Shown here in pieces: positions 12,802-24,938 of a stretch of 64,000 bases of DNA (positions are counted from its first letter, which is position 1; every line of letters begins with the position of its first letter). The stretch is from positions 1,116,001-1,180,000 of the forward strand of contig CBFDEM010000053.1 in assembly GCA_965603825.1 (NCBI GenBank), given 5' to 3'. The DNA is from Blepharisma stoltei ATCC 30299. Taxonomy: Eukaryota > Protista > Ciliophora. The notes beneath the pieces are model-generated. The model searched no databases. It saw only the letters and a list, made by a program, of their open reading frames with translations, and was not told the DNA's origin. Both the position numbers and the translations under genes were made by a program.

Positions 12802-15800
12802 TTATCTTGGACTATGCAAGCCAAGCTTAGTTTGGAAATACAAGTCTAGAGTCATTTGGAGTTTTTTAGCTTTCCTATGAATATTCCAGTTGAGGAGTTC
12901 AAGAATAATGACAAGACCAAAACATGCAAAGAAAAATGAAATATAATCAGCGTAAGAGTTTTCAACTGTTGCTTTGAATTCTTCAAATTGCTCATAGACT
13001 GCTAAATAAATAACGCAAACTACTATTGCTGATGTGATGTTCAAGACACAAATCCCAAGCCATCATATATTTGTGATCTTTTTTAGCTTAAATCAGCTTT
13101 CGTGCCCGTTTACATATCCCATGGAAAAGATGCATAATAGAAAAACTCCCCAGAAGAAATTGATGATTTTGAAGGCCATGAAATCAGAGTCATCATAGTC
13201 ATCGACCCACTGAAATCCAAAAATTTTATCTGACGGAACAGTATTACCTAAATGCCAAATATGCAAATAAAGCATCATGACGGTGAATAAAATGACCCTT
13301 ATCATTTGATTTGCAGTAAAAGACCAATGATCATTGATATTGAAAAGGGTCGATTTTATAGGGAGCCTTTTCATTATTTGGGGATCTGCAGGAGCAGCTA
13401 AAAATGATAAACTTAAGCTCGGCGTCACAACAAGAGCTAAATATCCGCATTGAAGAGGTGATAAAATTGCAGGCAAGCCAAGAGCTAAAGCTATGCAAGT
13501 CATGAAGCTCCAGCTCACATACATCATCACTGTAAATAATAACCCGTTTTGGATATTTGACATAAACCTTCTCGCTTCTTTTATTACTTGTAAAATTAAA
13601 TAAAGTGGTGATTTTAAGTTCAACCTGAAGGTGCAAGGCATTGTGATGAGCTTTTCAGCAACTTTTTCTAGTATCCCTGGGGAATGAGCATAAAATAGTC
13701 TTAGTCCATTGCAAGTACTACAATAACCACATGGCTGTGCAGCTATACCTATTGAAATATCGGCAGCCTGATATATATTCAGATTTTGAGGATGCAAACA
13801 GCCTCCTATAACTAAGACGACTTCTCCGTATTCTTGGTAAATTTTTATCATTTCATGCATACTAGCTTTGCTTGAGTCAGAAAACATGCTAACTAATAGT
13901 GGGACAGTGTCTAAATGGTCTTCCAAGACTTTTTTTATTTCTTCTATTCCTCTTGGAAGCACTTGCTGGCCGGCTTTATTTAATATTTCTTCAGGAATTG
14001 GGGCATCGCTTAAAGAAATGCAAGAATTTCAGGCTGTGTCTAATCCTAAATCATCTCCAAATGCTTTGGTTTCTAAATAGTTTTTGTCAGAAAAAATTAC
14101 AAACCTGATTCCTGCGTCTTTTGTGTCTTCAATAAAATGGTTTGCTTCTGGCTTTGGGTGATTTGTTAGAGCAATCATGCCTAAAAATATATGTTTTTTC
14201 TGTGCAGACTGTAAGAGGTCTTTAGTTCTTTCATCAAGTGAGTTTAATTCATTAGGGTCGTTGATTATATTTAAAATTTCTTCATCTACAAGAGGTTTAT
14301 AAGAATAAGCAATTGTATCATAATCATCAGCCGTCCATTGTAATAGCAAAGTATTGATGCGCTGCCTATCACTTTCATCTAGCAAAACTATATGGTTTCC
14401 ATCCCAATAGTCGGTGCAGTTTTGCAGAATCACTCTTGGGTTTCCTTGGCTTAAAACTTGATAAGAGCCTTCTTTTTCAACGATATTGGTTAATAAATGG
14501 CATGGCAAAAGCAATTTATTTTTAATTTCATCTGCGAATTGCCGCTGTGTAAGTTGCTTATCTGTTGTGTCTTGGACAGCTGAAATAAAAGCTCTTTCCC
14601 TTCTTTTTGGAGAAATTTTATATGATACATCATGCAGAGAGTCTGTATTTGTAGGCCTTCAGGTGCTTCAAAAAGTGCAAACGTGTCTGTGATTCCTAAT
14701 AGAAGTCTCAGTAAACCCTATTAATTTGGCTAACACGCATAAGCATTCTTCAAAAATCGCAATTTCTAAGCGTGGTTGTGAGAAAAACAGTTCCCCAGTA
14801 TCATTTAAATCGGGATGGTCATCATTTAAATTCAATAAGCTTTCTCTCTTGCTATAAGGCCTTGGACTTTTGGATAGAATCGCAGAAAGCACTAGAGGTT
14901 TCAAAGACGGCAAGTATTCGACTCATTTAGCCTCAATAAATGCTATTTGGTCATAATCAGTTTCCCCACTCAATATGTCTAATGGACTTTTATGAATCAC
15001 ATCCAGCGGTACAAGTTTTTCTTCAGGTCCCATAACGACGACTTCATCTATATATTTAGCGTTTTCACTTATAATGCCTTCTTTATCAATAAAGCACATA
15101 AAAGTTGTTGAACTCAACATGTCAAGTATATTGAATTCCCTTTGGATCCCTCCTATTAAAAATGACCGGCATTTAGCAAAGCATGCAGAAAAGCTAAGTG
15201 GCGGGAATGAAGAAACTGATTGGTTGTATTCAAAGTCTTCTTCAGCTTGAGCAGCAAGTGCAGCCATTTCAAAAACATTGCCGCTTGTTTTATTTGCGGG
15301 AAGCTTAAGCAAGCTTGATAAAGATTCTGCTTGCTTAGCTGATCTAGATCGAGGCTTTTGCTGGGAATCTAATGATTCGCAGATATATCAGAGGACAGAG
15401 TTACCCCAGCATGTCAAAAATTTTACAAGAGAAGGTAGTAAAAGAGGGATAAATGATAAAAAAAAGACAGATGGGTTCGATAAAATATCGTCTCACTGCC
15501 TTTCACTAAAAATGATCCATAATATCCCAATAATAATATTTACAGCAGTTACTATAATAGTATAGATACTGAAAATTTTATAAGCCAGCTTCAAGCATAA
15601 CATATAAAAAGTGGCTGGCCTCTTTTTATTAACTACTCTATCAGTCAATGCTTGCTCTAAAAATACATATGATGGTGATGTTTTCAATACAAAAGCAAGT
15701 CTTCTTCTAGCCTCTAAAATATCTGTGGATACGAATTCTTTGATTTCTTCAAATGGCTGCACTGTAATTCCTTTATAATGATAATCAAGCCCTTCAGCTT

Positions 15801-16296
15801 CAGCTGGGAGTGTGTTTCCTGGGATAGCTGATACAATATCGCCTTCTAAAAGCACAATTCCAGGCAATTTCACCCACGTTTTATCTCTATAAACATTGAT
15901 TATGTTATAGTCCATTGACCTGTAAGACCGATGAGTTAGATCTTCTCCTTCTTTTAGATTTTTCAAGAGCTCTTCTATATCTTTCATCCTGTCATCAAAG
16001 CCTTCCCATTGCAATTTTGATCGATTTCTTCAATAATAAATATATCTAAGGAGCATCAATAAAACTAAAATTCCGATAATCAGCCTTTCAACTTCACTGC
16101 TTAACAAAATATAGTCCAGAATCAAAAAAATCCCATAAGCATATACAATGATTTCAAGCATCCATGATGACTTCAGGTACAAATGCACGTGCTTTACCGG
16201 CTGCTGTTTATTTAGCTCTCTAAAATGCCTAATGATCTCCAATAACTTCCTATATGATCTTTACCCTTTAGCTTGCTGTGTACTCAGTCCTTCCAT
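12802..16296 (-). CDS. TMEM94: TMEM94/KIAA0195-like atypical P-type ATPase relative (~1159 aa)
   Basis: Starts MEGLSTQQAK with an intron at 16250-16264. All track fragments are in one frame with TGA=Trp. Motifs DKEGI, (W)VEYLPSLKPL, CTDYWDG, GIRFVIFS, LGLDTA(W)NSCISL, LPRGIEEIKKVLEDHLDTVPLLVSMFSD, and a multi-TM C-terminus. Confidence 0.85.
16250..16264 (-). other. 15-nt intron GTAAAGATCATATAG
   Basis: GT-AG ends, A at position 10. Removes an in-frame TAA and links ATG 16296 to the downstream frame. Confidence 0.85.
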
Positions 16297-16307
16297 TTTA
16301 AGTAATT

Positions 16308-17327
16308 ATGGGAGCAAGCTGTTCCAATTGCTCATGCACAAATAAAGAAACAGAAACTAAAACTGAGATCGAAATTTTAGAATCCCAAGGGGTATTTCAT
16401 AAAGAAGCCCTAGGAGCTGAAGCTCCCAGTGAATTAATTCAAAAAGCAAAAAAATATGCAACCCAAATTATTAAAATCCAGTCTTTATGACGAGGGCATC
16501 GGGACAGAAAGATAGTGTCACATTTGCTAAAAATGCTAAGGACTAATTCAAAATATTTTACATTAGAAGAAGCAAGAGAAACTTTATCAAGTAAAGTAAC
16601 GAAGTCTACAATAAGAGAAGAAAGGCCAGCTTATAGGTTTAAAACTGGGGCAGTTTATACAGGACAGTGGGTTGGAGGGTTTAGAGATGGCCACGGAGCA
16701 CAAATTTGGCCTGATGGGGCCAGGTATGAAGGACAGTGAAAAGATAATAAGGCTAATGGGTATGGAAAATTCTGGCATATTGATGGAGACATTTATGAAG
16801 GAGAGTGAAAAGATGATAAAGCCAATGGAAAAGGAGTTTATAAGCAGACGAGTGGAGCTATGTATGATGGAGAATGGAAAGATGATGTGCAGGAAGGGTA
16901 TGGAAAAGAACATTGGGCTGATGGAAGCCATTATGAAGGATATTATAAGTCAGGCAAAAAGCATGGCTTTGGGAGTTATGTGTGGAAAGATGGATCCAAA
17001 TATGTCGGGCAGTGAATTGATAATAAAATCAATGGAGCTGGAGTCTATACATGATATGATGGGAGAAGATATGAAGGTGAGTGACTAAATGGCTGCATGA
17101 ATGGAAGAGGAATATATACATGAAAAGATGGCCGAAAATATGAAGGAGAGTATAAAAATGACAAAAAGCACGGAAAAGGAGTGTATAGTTGGGCTGATGG
17201 ACGAAAATATGATGGAGAGTGGAGAGATGGGAAACAGGATGGAATAGGGATAATTGAAGATTGCAATGAAAATAAAAAAAAAGGTGAATGAAAATCAGGA
17301 AGAAGGGTTAAGTGGATTGAAGATTAA
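16308..17327 (+). CDS. IQ-motif MORN-repeat protein with N-terminal acylation signal (~339 aa)
   Basis: [10 protein letters not shown] start, IQ motif IQSL(TGA)RGH, and repeated YEGxW units in which W is TGG or TGA. Ends TAA 17325-17327. Confidence 0.92.
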
Positions 17328-17599
17328 ATTAAAGTGCATTGAAATTTTAATAGGATATTATAATTTATTATCTCTAATATCCTATAATTATAACCCATAG
17401 TTTATTAAAATAGATCTTCCATTCCTTTTAAAAATCAAAAAAATTTAAAAATATGGCAAATATTTTACAACACTGATTAATTCACATTTAAATTCTAAAT
17501 CCTTTATGTACTTTAAATTTCTTTGGAGAAAAAAATTATCACTCTTTTTTGAGATCAATTTTGTTTGTTTTCAGTAAATTTCTTTGTTGATTATAAAAT

Positions 17600-18763
17600 A
17601 TGGGATCATGCGTGACGAAAAACAAGTCTAATCATCAAAAATCCTTACAGCTTCCTCCAATTCCATTTTCTGATTTTTCTTATCTCAGGAGATTCAAGAG
17701 ATGTATGCTTACAATCAAGAAGAAAATCGTGTATAAGGAGTATTTGGGAAACCATATCGAAATACGAAATGATGCTGGGATTGGGCTAACTTCTGCTCAA
17801 CAAATAATTTTGGCAGGAGGGTCTGAAGAATCAGGCTCATTGACTAGCCAAGTTGTACTATTAGACCCTAAAAGCACTAAATATGACCATATACAAGATC
17901 TACCTGTCCCAACAAAGAAAGGGTTCATCCAAGAATTTGAAGGCTGTCTTTACTATATTGGAGGATTAATAAAAAATCCTAACGAAGAATCATCTCAGAG
18001 CTTTGTTCCAAGCCCTTTGATGAGATATCATTTCAATTCTTCGCAATGGGAAATATTAGAAACAACCCAAGAAACGAATCCCAAAGGAGAAGGGCCAGTT
18101 AGCTACAAAGATTTATATCAGCCTGGAAATTTCATTTTCAACAGAAAGATCTATTTAGTTGGTGGGCAAAGAATAGACAATGAAACTGGCAATTTTTCTC
18201 CTAACAGAAAAATCTATTCGATCGATCTGAATTTCCAGCCCTATACCTTGCATGATGAAGAGATCGAGCTAAAAATGTGTTCGAACCATCCAATTTGCGT
18301 TCTGAATGAATATGAAAATTCTGTTCAAGTCTTTGGAGGCAAAACTCAAGATATGAAATTATTCAGGAATAATTTTGAAATCAACCTTTCAACAAAATCT
18401 ACCAACGAAATGAAGCCATTTCCATTCTTTGTTAAAGAGCATTACCCTCCAATCTACCAAAAGGAGTACATCATTATCATTTCATTCCCAAAAATTGCTG
18501 TTCAAAGATATGGAGACCATGACTGGAAAGTGTTTGATTTCAAAAGGGAAGAAAGCTCAGAGAACCACAGAAGCACACAAGTGGTTCCTAATGGAGAAGA
18601 AAGCAATTCCAATCCTGCTGATAGAAATGTTGGCCCAAATTTAGATTTGGATGAAGAAAGAAGATCAGAAAAAGAAAGCTTGGAATCAAGAAAGGATGAA
18701 AAGATTTCTGAAACTGCGGAAAAACAAACCATTGATACACAGAATAAAAGCCTAGTTTCTTAA
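17600..18763 (+). CDS. Kelch-like beta-propeller protein, predicted N-myristoylated/palmitoylated
   Basis: MGSC start, GG motifs (IILAGG, LYYIGG, IYLVGG, VQVFGG) and an acidic tail. Confidence 0.75.
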   Translation: MGSCVTKNKSNHQKSLQLPPIPFSDFSYLRRFKRCMLTIKKKIVYKEYLGNHIEIRNDAGIGLTSAQQIILAGGSEESGSLTSQVVLLDPKSTKYDHIQDLPVPTKKGFIQEFEGCLYYIGGLIKNPNEESSQSFVPSPLMRYHFNSSQWEILETTQETNPKGEGPVSYKDLYQPGNFIFNRKIYLVGGQRIDNETGNFSPNRKIYSIDLNFQPYTLHDEEIELKMCSNHPICVLNEYENSVQVFGGKTQDMKLFRNNFEINLSTKSTNEMKPFPFFVKEHYPPIYQKEYIIIISFPKIAVQRYGDHDWKVFDFKREESSENHRSTQVVPNGEESNSNPADRNVGPNLDLDEERRSEKESLESRKDEKISETAEKQTIDTQNKSLVS

Positions 18764-18935
18764 GTCATGTTTAAGCAGGAATAAATAGTTACGAATTGTA
18801 ATCCTTGCTGTCTTTTCATGTGCGGTGGTCCTGACATGTAAGCTTTAATGTCTTTTAAGATTGTGAGTAGGCTAAGAGATCACTGAGTAAGCCTAGGTGA
18901 CCACGGAGACATGCTTTGTTGTTGATAAACAAGGC
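18764..18935. ncRNA. Candidate structured RNA (H/ACA-like on the minus strand, or a structured 3' element on the plus strand)
   Basis: GC-richer than flanks, with several nested complementary stems (detailed in findings). Family not recognised. Confidence 0.35.
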
Positions 18936-19531
18936 TTTTAATTTTCTTGAAGAAAGTAAGGGTGTCCTTTTTAATGCAACATTTATGCTCTGTTATTTTC
19001 TTTATCTGTCTTTTCTTTCAGAAATAGAGTTATTCGAAATTGTGACTTTTCTAAGATTGCTTAGTAAGAGAAGAGATGAAAAACTTAATAAATTAATGTT
19101 TTAAAATATGCTAAGATAATACTTCTTTAAAATAAGGAATTTGTTTTAGCGTAGTTTAGGATTTTATATTCTCATAAAAAAAGCAGCGAATTCTTCCAAA
19201 CGATTTCAAAAATTATGAATGAATTTGACCTCTATATCATATAAATGGCAAAAAAGACTGCTTTCTATATCACCATATTTCTTTCATTTTTATCATAATT
19301 TTGATTAGGTCTTGTCCTTTCAGATATAAAAATAACTTATTTTTATAATATTCATACCTTGACTCGAATTCTTCTATTGCATCATCCTTATATTTTTAAG
19401 AACACAATTATAATTAAAATAAATTCTAAACAGAAATTATTGTTTCAGCCTCCCTTTAAATCGAAAAAGATCCTAGGATTTAATAGGAAGCCTATTTAAA
19501 CTTATTTAATAATAAAAAGATAATTTAAGAT

Positions 19532-21076
19532 ATGTATGAAACAGACATAAATTTTCACTCAAGAAGCCTTCCTAAAATAAAAACCTCACGAAGGATCCTG
19601 ATAGGTCCAGATACTGCTATTGGAATCCCAAAAAGTCTTGTAAACTCTCATATTTCAATTCCAGAAATTCCTATAACTCGAAACATCCAGACTTTAAAAT
19701 CTTTCCATCATCCATCAGAAAGCTTTGGGGAAAACAAAAAAACTTTTGTAGATGAGCTCATTCAGCGATTTTCCGCAGGTGAAAATGCTGAATTTATTGA
19801 TATTGCTACCAAAGTCCAAAGAATAAAGCCTCTTATTTTATTTTGGGAAATTAAAAGGACCGAAGGTTTCATCCCAGAAGCCAGGGTTGGAGCTACTATG
19901 GTGGTTGTAAATGGAAATATATATCTCTTTGGTGGCCAAGCTGGAGATAGACTTAATGATATAAAAATGCTTGATTATAAAACCTATCATTGAGAAAGTG
20001 TAAACCCTTCAACCATTTCTAATAAAATCCAAGAATTTCCTGAGCCAAGAGTAGGCCATACAGCAGTTTCTTATAAAAATTCATTTATTGTATATGGAGG
20101 TGGAGGGGCTTTTAACCAAACTTTGCATTTAAGAGGATGCTTTCCTTTGGTCCATGTATTTGATACAATAAACTTGCAATGACAAACTTTTAAACCTCTT
20201 GGAAGACCTCCAGATGCTAGGAGAAACCATGGAGCAGTTATAATTGGCAATACAATGATAATATATGGAGGGATTGATAGTAACAGTAGAGTTCTTTCAG
20301 ACCTATGTGGGCTTAACCTTGAAGCCATGCAATGATTTGTAACCAAAATTGATAAAGGGTCTGTAAAGCCAGGACCAAGGCATTCGTTTTCATTTACATC
20401 TGCATACCATCCAGGGGTTTTTAGACAGTCAAGTAATGATATTTTTTCTTTACCAAATGTCTATGATGATATTTTTACAAGAAAAACATCAGGAATTTAT
20501 CTATTTGGAGGAATGAATCACCACGGTGTAATATTCAATGATTTATATATGCTACAGCCAAAACGAAAAAGCATTAGAGACGATGAGAGCATTTTAAAAT
20601 GGGTAAAACTGGAGCCTTCTGGTAAAGCTCCGCTACCGAGGTATAATCATTCATCTGCTCTTTGTGGAGGATGACTGTATATCATTGGTGGGAGAAATGA
20701 TACTGCTTCTTTTGAAACCATAGGGAATGAAGTCAGTGATATTGCTGCTTATAATATTGCTAGTTGCCGATGGGAGACCTTGCTAGTTAAAGGATTAAAA
20801 CCTGGACCAAGATGGGGAGCTTCAGCTGTATCAATGGGAGCCAAAATTCTTTGCTTTGGAGGTATGAGTTTGGGAGGATTTTGCCAAACTTCTTTATTTT
20901 CATTAGAAACGGACCAAAGTAATGCACAAGAATTAGTTAAGTTGTGGGAAGAAGAAGAAAATCATAGAAAAGCAAAAGAAGAAATTACATTGAAGTTGAT
21001 ACAAAAAGGAAAATTACAATATGCAGCTAAAGCTATGCTAACCAAAATTGGACTAAAAGCTTTAAATGAGATATAA
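19532..21076 (+). CDS. Kelch-repeat protein (~514 aa)
   Basis: One frame with TGA at kelch Trp positions (YKTYH*, TINLQ*, LEAMQ*). Motifs PEARVGAT, IYLFGG, PEPRVGHT, PDARRNH and PGPRHS. Confidence 0.92.
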
Positions 21077-21680
21077 ATATTTCAATAAATAAAGTTAATG
21101 TATAAGCCGAAACTTCTCACAATGTTTTCCATGTGCTAAATCTACTCTTTTTTAACAATTTCATCAATTAGACTTAAAACTAGCTTTGATTTATCGTATT
21201 TTCTAATTGACTCCATTGGGTAGATAATTTAAGTGCAAAAAATTTACAAAAATATTGTTTGTTCTTGTCATTAAAAAATAATTATTCTTCTTTAAACTGT
21301 CTTTAAGAAATTTCTTTTAATTTATTAATTAATATATTAAGTTTTGAAATTAACTATCCAAAATTTATATCCAATTTAATCATCTGATGAGTTTTTGCAA
21401 CCATTTTTGTGCAATATATAAATATTAGCTAGTTATGAAGCAGAATTATTTCTCTCCTGCAAATCTTATTGTTTATATTGCCTATTGCAAAGCTTTATTG
21501 AAATTATAAATATAGATTTAAATCTATTATATAATAAAGCTTTTTTTATTCAAAAAATCTATGCTATCTATTACATTGCAGTTCCCTTACACAAACATTA
21601 TTTATTTATTCAACATTTTTCAATTAAATTTCATAAGCATCATAGGCGAAATCAGATTTCTGTAGGTGAATAATAAAATT

Positions 21681-24600
21681 ATGTCATCAACTAAATGGCC
21701 TCGTCTGTTCGCACTGTTACTGTTTATTATTGGAATAGGCATATTAGTAATAGGAGTAGCAATTCCAATCCTTGTAGACAATATGATTGATAAAGGTTTA
21801 GATTCTCTTTGAATATCCCCAGGCCATCATAATACTTGAGGAGAAACACCAGGCAAAATTGGAGCCAAAGTAGTCAGAGGGTTCAAGGTTTTCAATATAA
21901 CAAATTCTGATGAAATATTTCAAGGAGCAAAGCCAATGATAGTCGAGTCTCCGATAGAAACTTTTCAAGAGTATTCCAATTTTATAAACTGGGACTTTCT
22001 TAACCAAAATGAAGAGCAAGTTGGGCAAAAAAAGTCAGGAACTTATATAGAATATGGAAATCAGCTTAATCTGATACCAATTCCATCTAATGGAACACAT
22101 ATAGACTCCAATACAACTTTGGTTGGGGTAAACCTCCCTTTATACGCTTCTTTTTATGCACTTACACACGAGCCATTTCCATTTTATACGCAGCCTATTT
22201 TATATGATGTCGTGATAGCATTCCAAAATGACTTATATGACATGATTTTGGGGTATTCCATGTGGTATAGATATTTTAATGATACAAAGAGTGTTGAATA
22301 TTATATGCTGAATACTGGATTTACACCTAGCAATGTAGATGTACTGCTAACAGATCCGAATTATGGATGAACTGGATGAAAACAGATGAAGACATGAATT
22401 AGGGCTGCATTTGAGTATAATTCGACGCAGAAATTTACTGATGGAGCTTTTGAAATTTTAGATAATTATTTCCAAATAGATAATTTGGAATTATTAATTA
22501 TAGAAAATTCACTGCTTTGGGGTACAATTGAAGAAATTCTTGATGATATGAAAGCGAGGTATGGAACTAATCAAAGACAAGAATTAGCTAGTTTGCAGTG
22601 GGGGTCAGGAATGGTCACTAAGGACTTGCCTTTAGGTTTAGGCTCAGTTCCTTTAGATGACGGAGTCCCATGTCCATCGTTTTTGTCATTGAATAAGACT
22701 TTCAGTTTTATCCCAGAAATTGGATTTCTAAATACAAATATAAGCTTTAATTCTGTTGCAGATAAATTATTGCAGGTTTCTTATACTTACCCAATGAAAA
22801 ATTACTATTCCATGCTAAATCTAAACAACGTTGGATACTTTTTTGCAGCCATTGCAGCTGGAAATTATTCTCAAGTTGCCAGCAGCTTTGGGATTTCTTC
22901 CCAGCAAGTCGGAATTCTTGCAAAATATCTAGAATATATAACAAGTCTTCCAATACAATATAAAAATCAGCTTATCAAAACTGATGGTTATTCAATGGAA
23001 CTCTCCCGATGATCTAATAATATTCTAATAGAAAAAACAGTCTCTCTTCGAAATGATGCATTTTGGGCACCACCTGCTAGGTCTCTTTATTGCGAATATT
23101 TCCGACTTAATGTGTCTTGCTACACAATAATGAGAACAGGCGCAAATTCTACAACAGCATCAATTATTTGTGGGGATTCCACAGTAGGCTGAAACTATAT
23201 CCTCACACAGACGTGGAAAAACTTAATGATATGAATAAAAGCAGCAGTAAAGCCTGTAGGCTCTGATGATTATGATCTTTTGCTGGCCAAAACTCAGCTT
23301 TCTTCTGCTGCTCTGAACAGGATTTTATTAGCTTGGTTTTCTGAGCAATCTCAAATTATTTTTAATAAAATTTCTAAAAACTATCAATGTTCGACTAGCG
23401 TGTGTAGGTTTGATGACATGTTTTATTTGCAGTTTGGGAGCTCTGGGATAACGAATAACCCGACACCAGATTTGTTGAAGTGTGGGATTAAGCCAGCATT
23501 ATCAATGAAGGATTGGCTACCTGAGAGATATTCAGTTCCTATAGAGTGGACTTATTATTCTGACATTGAGCTGCCAGTTCCAATTGCTAAAGGAATATTT
23601 AATTATGAAACTTTTCTAAACCCTTCAACTATCAAACTTTTTTATAACTCCTATTTCAAAGGAAACATCACTGCCACAGCTATAGAATTTGATTTTCCTA
23701 CCATAGAACTTGCTGATGAGATGTACAATTATTTGATCAAAATTATCCCAGGATTTTCATTTTTTACCCCAAGACAGTTTAATGACTGAATTTACGGGAC
23801 TTTAGACCCATTTCTTACTTATGTCCAGCAGACCGATATTTACCATGGAGGATATCCACTAGTTCTTCCTTATTATTCTTTATGCGCTAATACCACAGAT
23901 TTACCATCTTTTCCTAAGCATGAAATGCTGACTGGCAAAGGGGACACTTCAAATACTCGTACATATACTAAATATTATGGTAGCAGTATCATGAACCAGT
24001 TTGGAAGGAAATATGACGCAAATTCGTCAAGTAGCTATAGCTTTGGGTATACTGATATATGAAATGCAGATATGCAAATTCGAGGTACAGACGGAGGCCA
24101 GTTTGGGACAAGAATAAGCAAAAATGATGAACTAGTGGCGTTTATTTCTCCGATTTTGAGAGATATTTCATTAATATACAGGTGGAAAGAAAAATATAAC
24201 GGCCTAGACGTCTATTTATTTACACTAAACCAAAGCTTGGTCCAAACCTCTGCCATAGTTCCAGAAAATGCTAATTACAACCAATTCGAAAATGGTTATA
24301 ACGGCTTCTTCAATATTTCCAGCCAATTTGCGGCTCCAGTGTTTGTCACATTTCCCCACTGTTTTGGGTGTGAGCCTGATGCCCAAAATATGATAGAATA
24401 TTATTCCTTTACTTCAAATTCTTCATTAGGATCAAGGATTTATCCCTATGCAACCCATGATGCTCCTTTTGTGAAAGTCGAGCCATCCACTGGGGCTGCG
24501 GTCTCAGTTGTCTTGAACTTTGAAATACAAGTTGCTTTCTACAAAGACTATTTCTTTAAAAATATTCATGAATCAGTCCCTGGGAAAGGCTTGTATATTC

Positions 24601-24866
24601 CTGCTTATCAACTGATAAGAAGCTCAAATTTAAGCGACAGCCAGGTCGATAAATTATTTGGGACTCTGCTTATGGCAAGGTACCTTAGACAGTTGATATT
24701 TTACGTTGGGGTCACTGTTGGAGCATGCTTTGTAATAATATCAATGTTTTTGGCTGCTTATTTGTACAGGAAGAAAAAGTTCGGAGGATGGAGGTCTCCA
24801 AGAGAGACTATGCTTGCACTGTCTCCAAGGGCGACTCAGCAGGCGAAAGAAGTTAACGAAGACTAA
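21681..24866 (+). CDS. CD36/LIMP-2 family scavenger receptor, expanded ectodomain, paralogue A (~1061 aa)
   Basis: ATG 21681, ten in-frame TGA, N- and C-terminal TM helices, and CD36 motifs FNITNSDEIFQGAKP, IRGTDGGQF, PVFVTFPH and VEPSTG. Confidence 0.85.
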
Positions 24867-24938
24867 TTTAAGCTTTTATAATTGTTGATAAAAAGTTAAA
24901 ATAATTATTTCACTAGTTCTTGGCGAATAATTTTAAAT

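Noticed and set aside
18955-18968. ACACCCTTAC (minus strand) as a telomerase RNA template for CCCTAACA repeats
   Set aside because: It has a mismatch within the template core, and no telomeric repeat tract was seen in the window.
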